From assembly GCA_963826115.1 (NCBI GenBank), contig CAWGVS010000010.1, positions 160,001-224,000 of the forward strand: a DNA stretch of 64,000 bases, read 5' to 3'. Positions 57,367 through 64,000 of this stretch are shown here, piece by piece. Position numbers and translations under genes: made by a program. The notes below the pieces were generated by a model. The model saw only the letters and a program-made list of their open reading frames with translations. It made no database searches and was not told the DNA's origin. The stretch comes from an uncultured Candidatus Rokubacteria bacterium. GTDB taxonomy: Bacteria; Methylomirabilota; Methylomirabilia; Rokubacteriales; DASRDR01. Every line of letters begins with the position of its first letter. Positions within the stretch are counted from its first letter, which is position 1.

Positions 57367-59631
57367 ATGACTCCGATCACCCGTCGCGCGTTCATCGGCG
57401 CCGGTGGCGCCCTCGTCGTCGGCCTCGGCCTCGGCGGCCGGATGCCTCGCCGCGCGGCGGCGCAGGCGGCCGCGCCCGCCGCGGGCTCCGGCTGGCCGGC
57501 CGATCGCTACCTGGGCAAGACGGTGGCCCCCGACCAGGTTGACGCCTACCTCGCCATCCACGCCGACGAGACCGTCACGGTGTTCACCGGCAAGGTCGAC
57601 CTCGGGACGGGCGGCCGCGCGGCGATGCGGCAGATGGTGGCCGAGGAGCTCGAGGTCAACATCGAGCGGATCACGGAGCTGATCGAGGGCGACACCGCAG
57701 TCTGCCCCGACCAGGGCGGGACCGGCGGCAGCACCGGCATCTCCCGGGGCGGCCAGGAGCTCCGGCGCGCGGCGGCCACGGCGCGCGGGGCGCTCCTCGC
57801 CCTCGCGGCGCAGCGGCTCGGCCAGCCGGTCGCGGACCTCACCGTGGCCGACGGCGTCGTGAGCCCGAAGCGCGGCGGGGCGGGCGTATCGTACGGCGCG
57901 CTCATCGGCGACCGGCAGCTCGGGCTCGCGATCGACGCCAAGGCGCCGCTCAAGCCGTCGAGCGCCTTCCGTTACATTGGCCAGTCCGTGCCCCGGCCGG
58001 ACGTGCCGGCGAAGGTCACCGGCCGCCACCTCTACGTCCAGAACCTCACGCTCCCCGGCATGCTCCACGGCCGCACCATCCGCCCGCCGGCACTCGGCGC
58101 GACCCTCCAGTCGGTCGACGAGTCGTCGATCGCGGCGATCCCCGGCGCGCGGGTCGTAAGGATCGGGAGCTTCCTCGGCGTCGTCGCCGACCGGGAGTGG
58201 GACGCGGTGCGCGCCGCGCGCGCGCTCCGGGCCCAGTGGTCGCCGGGCACGGGGCTGCCCGACCACCTCACGCTCGCCGACGCGGTCCGCGCGACGAAGA
58301 TCGTCCGGGACCAGGACGTGGCGAAGAAGGGCGACCTGTCGGCGCTCGGGGCGCCCGGCCCCGGCGTCCAGACCCTCGGGGCCACTTACTGGTGGCCGGT
58401 CCAGACCCACGGATCGCTCGGCCCGTCCTGCGGCGTGGCGGACGTCCGCGCCGACGGCGCGACGATCTGGACGCCGTCGCAGGCCACGCACCGCTACCGC
58501 GAGGGCTTCGCCCGGATCCTCGGGCTTCCGCGGGAGAAGGTCCGGCTCATCTACATGGACGGCGCCGGCTCCTACGGCCAGAACGGCGCCGAGGACGCGG
58601 CGTGCGACGCCGCGCTCCTCTCGCGCGCGGCCGGCCGTCCGGTGCGCGTCCAGTGGATGCGCGAGGACGAGCACGGGTGGGACCCGAAGGGGCCGCCGCA
58701 GCTGCTCGACCTCCGGGCGGCGGTCGGCGAGGGCGGCGAGGTGATCGCCTGGGAGACGCAGGCGTGGCTGCCCCTCTCGACGCAGGGGCTGCCGAACCTG
58801 CCGCTGCTCGCGCCCATCGACGCGGGCCTCACCCAGCCGCTCGGTCGCGCCACGGGCCAGGTGCAGCAGAACATCGATCCGCCGTACCGCGTGGGCGCGG
58901 TGCACGCCGTCGTCCACTGGCTCGAGGACTCCCCGTTCCGCACGTCGCCGATCCGCGCGCCGGGGAAGGTCGCCAACATCTTCGCCGTCGAGTCGTTCGT
59001 GGACGAGGTGTGCGCGCTCGGGAAGGTGGATCCGGTCGAGTACCGGCTCCGCCGCCTCGCGGATCCTCGAGGGCAGGAGGTGCTCCGCCGCGCGGCGACG
59101 CGGATGGGCTGGCAGCCGCGGCCCTCGCCGCGTCCGCCCGACCCCGGGGCGGCGGTGCTCACCGGGCGCGGGATCTCGTACGTGCACTACAAGCACAACG
59201 AGACCTACGTCGCGATCGGAATGGAGGTCACCGTGGGGCGCGCCACCGGCGTGATCCGCGCGACCCGGATCGTCTGTGCCCAGGACTGCGGACTGATGAT
59301 CAACCCGGACAACGTGGCGAGCCAGCTCGAGGGCAACATCCTCCAGACGCTCTCCCGCACGCTTCACGAGGAGATCGTCTTCGACCGGCAGCGGGTGACC
59401 AGCCTGGATTGGGCGAGCTACCCGATCCTGCGCTTCGACGAGGTGCCGACGATCGAGCTCGAGATGATCCAGCGGCTCGACGAGCCCCCGCTCGGCGTCG
59501 GGGAGGCCGCGTCGGCCGCGGTGCCGGCGGCGCTCGGCAACGCCGTCTTCGACGCCACGGGCGTGCGCCTCCGGGTGGTGCCCTTCCGGCCCGACCGCGT
59601 CAAGGCCGCCCTGACGGCCGCGCGCATCTAG
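57367..59631 (+). CDS. Xanthine dehydrogenase family molybdopterin-binding subunit (IorB/NicB-like), Tat-exported
   Basis: TRRAFI Tat signal; GKVDLGTG, VAEEL, RPVRVQW.RE, RAPG, AVESFVDE, GVGE, NAVFDATGVRLR. Confidence 0.92.
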   Translation: MTPITRRAFIGAGGALVVGLGLGGRMPRRAAAQAAAPAAGSGWPADRYLGKTVAPDQVDAYLAIHADETVTVFTGKVDLGTGGRAAMRQMVAEELEVNIERITELIEGDTAVCPDQGGTGGSTGISRGGQELRRAAATARGALLALAAQRLGQPVADLTVADGVVSPKRGGAGVSYGALIGDRQLGLAIDAKAPLKPSSAFRYIGQSVPRPDVPAKVTGRHLYVQNLTLPGMLHGRTIRPPALGATLQSVDESSIAAIPGARVVRIGSFLGVVADREWDAVRAARALRAQWSPGTGLPDHLTLADAVRATKIVRDQDVAKKGDLSALGAPGPGVQTLGATYWWPVQTHGSLGPSCGVADVRADGATIWTPSQATHRYREGFARILGLPREKVRLIYMDGAGSYGQNGAEDAACDAALLSRAAGRPVRVQWMREDEHGWDPKGPPQLLDLRAAVGEGGEVIAWETQAWLPLSTQGLPNLPLLAPIDAGLTQPLGRATGQVQQNIDPPYRVGAVHAVVHWLEDSPFRTSPIRAPGKVANIFAVESFVDEVCALGKVDPVEYRLRRLADPRGQEVLRRAATRMGWQPRPSPRPPDPGAAVLTGRGISYVHYKHNETYVAIGMEVTVGRATGVIRATRIVCAQDCGLMINPDNVASQLEGNILQTLSRTLHEEIVFDRQRVTSLDWASYPILRFDEVPTIELEMIQRLDEPPLGVGEAASAAVPAALGNAVFDATGVRLRVVPFRPDRVKAALTAARI

Positions 59632-59643
59632 CGGCCGGGCCCG

Positions 59644-60573
59644 ATGCGCATCGGCGTCACCGTCCCCACGCCGGGGGACAACCCGGACCTCGCCACGCTC
59701 CTCGCGGCCGTCGAGGAGGCCGAGACGCTCGGCCTCCATGCGGCCTGGATGCCGAACATCTCGTCCCGAGGCTTCGACGCCCCGATGGCGCTCGCCCTGG
59801 CGGGCGCGCGCACGCGCCGCATCGAGCTGGGGACCTTCGTCGTGCCCACGTTCACGCGCCACCCCGTCGTGATGGCGCAGCAGGCCCTGACCGCCCAGGC
59901 GGCCGCCGGCGGGCGGTTCACCCTCGGGATCGGGCTGAGCCACCGGGTCGGGATGGAGGGCCAGCTCGGCTTCGACTTCTCGCGTCCGGTCCGCCACATG
60001 CGGGAGTACCTCACGTGCCTCGCGGCGCTCCTGTCGGGCGAGACCGTCGACTTCACGGGGGAGGAGTTCCGGGTCCGCAACTTCGCGCTGGCGCGGCCGC
60101 CCGGGGTCGCGCCGCCGCCGATCGTCGTCGCGGCGCTCGGGCCCCAGATGCTGCGCCTGGCGGGGCGCCTGTCCGCCGGCACCGCGATCTGGGTCGGCGG
60201 GCCCCGCTACGTCGAGGAGGCGGCCAAGGCGATCGGCGCCGCAGCCGGCGAGGCCGGCCGCCCCGCGCCGCGCGTCATCGCGAGCGTCCCGGTCTGCGTG
60301 ACCGATCGCGCGCCGGCCGTCCGCAAGGCCGCGGCGGAGTCCTTCGTGCGCTACGGTCAGCTGCCGTCCTACCGCGCGATTCTCGACCGGGAGGGCGTCG
60401 GCGGCGCCGAGGAGGTCGCGCTGATCGGCGACGAGGGGGCGGTGCGCGCCGGGATCGCGGCCTTCGCTGCCGCGGGAACGACCGACTTCGCGGCGGCCGT
60501 CTACGCGCCCGCCGGCGAGGACAGCCGCCGCACCTGGGCGCTGCTCGCCGCGGCGGCGCGAGACCACCGGTAG
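59644..60573 (+). CDS. LLM-class (luciferase-like) oxidoreductase, possibly F420-dependent
   Basis: IELGT.VVPT..RHP..MAQQALT, GRFTLGIGLSH, AALGPQML.LAG, LPSYR. Confidence 0.85.
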   Translation: MRIGVTVPTPGDNPDLATLLAAVEEAETLGLHAAWMPNISSRGFDAPMALALAGARTRRIELGTFVVPTFTRHPVVMAQQALTAQAAAGGRFTLGIGLSHRVGMEGQLGFDFSRPVRHMREYLTCLAALLSGETVDFTGEEFRVRNFALARPPGVAPPPIVVAALGPQMLRLAGRLSAGTAIWVGGPRYVEEAAKAIGAAAGEAGRPAPRVIASVPVCVTDRAPAVRKAAAESFVRYGQLPSYRAILDREGVGGAEEVALIGDEGAVRAGIAAFAAAGTTDFAAAVYAPAGEDSRRTWALLAAAARDHR

Positions 60574-60995
60574 TGGAGCCGCGCCTCAGCCTGATCACGC
60601 TCGGCGTGGCCGACGTCGCCCGGAGCCGCCGGTTCTACGAGGCGCTCGGCTGGCGGGCCTCCGGCGCGAGCCAGGCGGCCGTGACCTTCTTCCAGCTCGG
60701 CGGGATGGCGCTCTCGCTGTGGGGGCGGGCGGACCTGGCGAGGGACGCCGGGGTGGCGGATTCGCCGGGCTTCGGCGGCGTCGCCCTCGCTCACAACGCG
60801 CGCACGCGCGAGCTGGTCGACACCATCCTCGCGGAGGCGGCCGCGGCGGGAGGCCGCATCGTGAAGCCGGGGATCCCGACGTTCTGGGGCGGCTACGCGG
60901 GCTACTTCACGGATCCGGACGGCCATCTGTGGGAGGTCGCCTGGAACCCGCACTTCCAGCTGCTCGCGGACGGGAGCCTCCGGCTGCCGGTCTGA
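60573..60995 (+). CDS. VOC/glyoxalase family protein
   Basis: LSLITLGVAD..RS..FYE.LGW, LAHN, FWGGY.GYF.DPDGHLWEVAWNP. Confidence 0.92.
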   Translation: MEPRLSLITLGVADVARSRRFYEALGWRASGASQAAVTFFQLGGMALSLWGRADLARDAGVADSPGFGGVALAHNARTRELVDTILAEAAAAGGRIVKPGIPTFWGGYAGYFTDPDGHLWEVAWNPHFQLLADGSLRLPV

Positions 60996-61024
60996 GCCGG
61001 GCGCCCGGCGAGCGAGGAGGACGC

Positions 61025-61708
61025 ATGCCCTGGAGCGGATATCCCGAGACGACGGTCACGCAGCTCACGTACACGGAGTGGGTGTTCTCGCTCCGGGCGC
61101 ATCGGGAGGTGCTGATCGGCTACTCGATACGCGTCGCCGACGGCTGGGAGCTCTTCGGCAACGGGCACTGGGTGTGGTTCACGGGGGCGGTGGCGAGCTT
61201 CCGGGGGGTGGTCCAGATCGTCTCGCAGTGGGCCGAGGTCGAGAACCTCGGTCCGCGCGACCGGGTCTGGCAGTGGGTGCACTGGAAGAATCCGACGAAC
61301 GACGACGTCGTGGTGAAGCCATACCTCCTTCTGGCGCCGCCCGTCGAGGAGGGGTGGCTTCGGCAATCGCGGCCGACCACCGCGCGGAGATCACTCTGGA
61401 CGCTCGTCGACGTGACCACGGCCGGGATTGCCGCCGCCGGCACCGTGGTCCCGGGCCCGGGTGGCGATTCTGACGGAGGCGGTGGCGGTCGGGGTGGCCG
61501 CGGCGACCGGGATGGCCTCGCGCTCACCGTCGCGCCCCGTCCGCTCGGCGGTCAGAGGCTGCGCGCCGTGGAGCTCAAGGGCGATCTTCGCTATCTCCCG
61601 GTGGAGGAGCTCTGGGGACGGCTCCATCAGCTGACGGGTCCGCGCGCGAGGACTCCGGCGCGCCGCCGCTCCGCCACAGGTCGACGGCGCGCCGGACGCC
61701 GCCCATGA
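61025..61708 (+). CDS. Trp-rich hypothetical protein
   Basis: RBS GAGGAGG; coherent protein-like sequence; no family recognised. Confidence 0.6.
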   Translation: MPWSGYPETTVTQLTYTEWVFSLRAHREVLIGYSIRVADGWELFGNGHWVWFTGAVASFRGVVQIVSQWAEVENLGPRDRVWQWVHWKNPTNDDVVVKPYLLLAPPVEEGWLRQSRPTTARRSLWTLVDVTTAGIAAAGTVVPGPGGDSDGGGGGRGGRGDRDGLALTVAPRPLGGQRLRAVELKGDLRYLPVEELWGRLHQLTGPRARTPARRRSATGRRRAGRRP

Positions 61709-61855
61709 CGGGTCAGGGCCGCACGTGGGCTCCGTCTCATGGCTCGAGGGCATGGAGCGTGCTGCCTGTCCAGAATGCTCCAGGCCCTGGTGTGGCTGCG
61801 GGATTGACGCCGGGTCGGACCTCGGCGGATCGTTCTTGCCGGTTGGGGGCCGCGA

Positions 61856-62323
61856 ATGTTTGAGGGACAACATGATGCGAAGGGCGATCTGACGGACGGC
61901 TGGCAGCGGGCCGTCGAGCGGCTCGAGGCCGCGATGAACACGCTGATGTCCGGGGACTCGAGCGCGATCAAGGCGCTCTACTCCCACCGGGACGACGTGA
62001 CCGCCTTCTTCGGCTGGGGCGGCTACGAGAAGGGCTGGGCCGACGTGAGCCGCCGCTGGGACTGGGCCGCCGAGCAGTTCCGCGGAGGCGGGCCGGTGCG
62101 CTACCAGCACCTCACCGCGGTCGCGGCGCCGGGGCTCGCCGTCACGACGCACGTCGAGAGCACGCGCGTCCGGCTCGCCGGGACCCAGGAGCCCACCGAG
62201 TGGTCGAACCGCGTGACGCACGTCTTCCGCCTCGAGGACGGGGAGTGGCGGCTCGTCCACCGTCACGCGAACCGCCTCGAGCCGCGCTACGAGCCGGGCT
62301 CCCGGCTCGGCGCCGCCCGCTAG
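61856..62323 (+). CDS. NTF2/SnoaL-like domain protein
   Basis: LYSH.DDVT..GWGG..GW..V, RVTHVFR.E.GEWRLVHRHA. Confidence 0.85.
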   Translation: MFEGQHDAKGDLTDGWQRAVERLEAAMNTLMSGDSSAIKALYSHRDDVTAFFGWGGYEKGWADVSRRWDWAAEQFRGGGPVRYQHLTAVAAPGLAVTTHVESTRVRLAGTQEPTEWSNRVTHVFRLEDGEWRLVHRHANRLEPRYEPGSRLGAAR

Positions 62324-63090
62324 CTCGCGTCGCGGTCGGCGATCACGAGCCGGTAGCCGAGGTCGACGCTCTCGCGCTCCCGGAGCGCGCCGTGGCGCGC
62401 CGTCCAGCGGCCCGACCGGAGGTCGTCGGCCAGCCGGGTGATCCCCCGCGCGACGATCGCGGCGTCGAGCAGGGCGAATGCGGAGATCCCCGCACGGACG
62501 CGCGCGTCGAGGTAGGCCTCCGGCCGGCGCCAGAACGCGCCGAGAAACCCGTCCCGGCAATCGTGGGGGATCGGGACCGGGACGGCGCTGACGGGGCCCA
62601 GGCTCCGTGCGAGCGTCGCCATCGGCGGGAACCGCGGGAGGTCGTGGGCGACGATCTGCGGGAAGTACTCCGTCGTGAGCCAGAACGCGTCGCGCGCGGC
62701 CGGATCCCAGGTGAGCACCACGACGCGCCGGCGCGCGACGCGGCGGAGCTCCCCGAGTCCCGTGGCCTGGCGGGTCCAGTGGTGGATGGTGAGGACGGCG
62801 AGGCTCGCGTCGACGCCCGCGTCACGAAGCGGGAGCGCCTCGGCGACGCCCTGGACGCACGGCGCGGCGCCCGCCGGGCGCTGGACGATCATGGCCCGCG
62901 ACGGCTCCACCGCAACGACGCGGAGGTCGCGCGGCTCGTAGGCGCCGGCCCCGGCGCCGACGTTCGCGACCGTGCGAGCGTCGCCGAGCGCTGCCCGGAT
63001 GGCCGCCGCGATGCGCGGGTCCGGCTGCCGCGTCGCGGCGTAGCCGACGCCGATCCGATCGTAGAGGGGTGACCCGGCCTTCCCGCTCAC
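62320..63090 (-). CDS. Class I SAM-dependent methyltransferase
   Basis: YDRIG.GY...R.PDPRI, NVGAGAGAYE, AEALPL, TIHHW, DGFLGAFWRRPEAYL. Confidence 0.88.
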   Translation of the reverse strand: MSGKAGSPLYDRIGVGYAATRQPDPRIAAAIRAALGDARTVANVGAGAGAYEPRDLRVVAVEPSRAMIVQRPAGAAPCVQGVAEALPLRDAGVDASLAVLTIHHWTRQATGLGELRRVARRRVVVLTWDPAARDAFWLTTEYFPQIVAHDLPRFPPMATLARSLGPVSAVPVPIPHDCRDGFLGAFWRRPEAYLDARVRAGISAFALLDAAIVARGITRLADDLRSGRWTARHGALRERESVDLGYRLVIADRDAS

Positions 63091-63205
63091 GCTCCCTCCG
63101 CGCGCGCCCGGCCACGGGAGCAAGCGCGCTGGGCATTGTCCACCCGACCCGGACGGCCCGTCAAAGGCGCACCGCCGGGCGCGCCTGTGGCAGAGTGCAG
63201 GCGAC

Positions 63206-63712
63206 ATGATACGAGTCCTCGCGGCGGTTGTCGGGTTGTGCGCGACGGCGGCCCTCGCGCCTGGCGCGGCCGGGGCGGTGGGTCCGACCGACATCGTGCG
63301 CGTCGACGACTACATCGGGGCGCCGCGCGTCCTCTTCGGACGGAGCGGGGCCGAGGTGGAGCGGGCGCTCGGACGCGCGCTCGCGACCGAGCCGGGCGCG
63401 GTGGCGACCTACCGCGACCCCGCCGTGTTCCGCGCCACGCGGCGGCTCTCGTACCCGGGCCTCGTCGTCGACGTGCTGGACAGCGGGAAGGTCCGGCGCA
63501 TCCGGATCGCCGCGCCGGGGCGGGGACTCCCCTTCGGGCTCGACGTCGGGAGCTCGCGGGAGGACGTCGAGCGCGTGCTCGGGGAGCCGCAGGCGGCGGA
63601 CGACACCGAGCTGATGTACCTCTACTCGGACGGATTTCCGGAGACCGTGCACTTCCACCTGCGCGCCGGCCGGGTCCGCGCGATCGAGTGGAACTACGGC
63701 TCCGCCGAGTGA
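63206..63712 (+). CDS. Exported hypothetical protein
   Basis: Signal peptide; YPGL, GLDVGSSREDVERVLGEP repeat-like motif. Confidence 0.6.
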   Translation: MIRVLAAVVGLCATAALAPGAAGAVGPTDIVRVDDYIGAPRVLFGRSGAEVERALGRALATEPGAVATYRDPAVFRATRRLSYPGLVVDVLDSGKVRRIRIAAPGRGLPFGLDVGSSREDVERVLGEPQAADDTELMYLYSDGFPETVHFHLRAGRVRAIEWNYGSAE

Positions 63713-63734
63713 CGGGACCCCCAAAGGAGGCGAG

Positions 63735-64000
63735 ATGGAGCGGCCGCGGGTGCGCGTGGGAGTGGTGGGGGCGGGGTTCGTGGCGCGGATCCACGCCGAG
63801 GCGTACCGGCACGTCCGGGGGGTCGACGTCGAGCTCCGCTGGGTGACGGCGCGGCGGCCCGAGCGGGCCCGGGCGTACGCCGAGGAGTTCGGCGTCGCGC
63901 GCGTCGCCGACGACGTCCGGCGGATCCTCGACGACCCGGAGGTCGACGTCGTGGACCTCTGTGTTCCGAACGCCGTCCACGCGTCTCTCGGGCTCGACGC
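63735..64000 (+). CDS. Gfo/Idh/MocA family oxidoreductase (3'-truncated by the window edge)
   Basis: RBS AAAGGAGG; MERPRVRVGVVGAGFVARIHAEAY...ILDDPEVDVVDLCVPNAVH. Confidence 0.9.
   Translation, partial: MERPRVRVGVVGAGFVARIHAEAYRHVRGVDVELRWVTARRPERARAYAEEFGVARVADDVRRILDDPEVDVVDLCVPNAVHASLGLD

Noticed and set aside
63188-63203. GG-N10-GC spacing (TGGCAGAGTGCAGGC) as a sigma-54 promoter
   Set aside because: Lacks TT before GC, and the implied start site would fall inside the 63206 gene

Overview
Very GC-rich (roughly 70% by eye), gene-dense bacterial chromosomal segment with about 62 credible CDSs. Outer-membrane beta-barrels, lipoproteins, Tat substrates and an MltF-like enzyme indicate a diderm. 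The overall gene style suggests Candidatus Rokubacteria (Methylomirabilota), which is inference only. I saw no rRNA, tRNA, CRISPR array, transposase or integrase. Main content: two glycosyltransferases; four near-consensus sigma-54 promoters; an NtrC-type activator divergent from a di-heme (DHOR) / cupredoxin-like / Cys-cluster membrane protein / cupin run, with a perfect palindromic upstream activator site; GPx-hydrolase-DUF4105; a Cache-HAMP class III cyclase with guanylate-cyclase signature residues; envelope genes; a thiol-peroxidase cluster; a coupled zinc-peptidase/ATP-grasp pair; amidase with a GatC-like partner; YcaQ; GH51 with a sugar ABC system; a LacI-regulated dipeptidase/peptide ABC operon; and a Tat-exported Mo-hydroxylase. 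The peptide ABC operon is interrupted by a ~2 kb compositionally distinct insertion, flanked by an intact and a decayed copy of the 3' end of the binding-protein gene. Three genes have their most natural start codon one base out of frame, which suggests residual indels. All product calls come from motif recognition by eye, not database searches.
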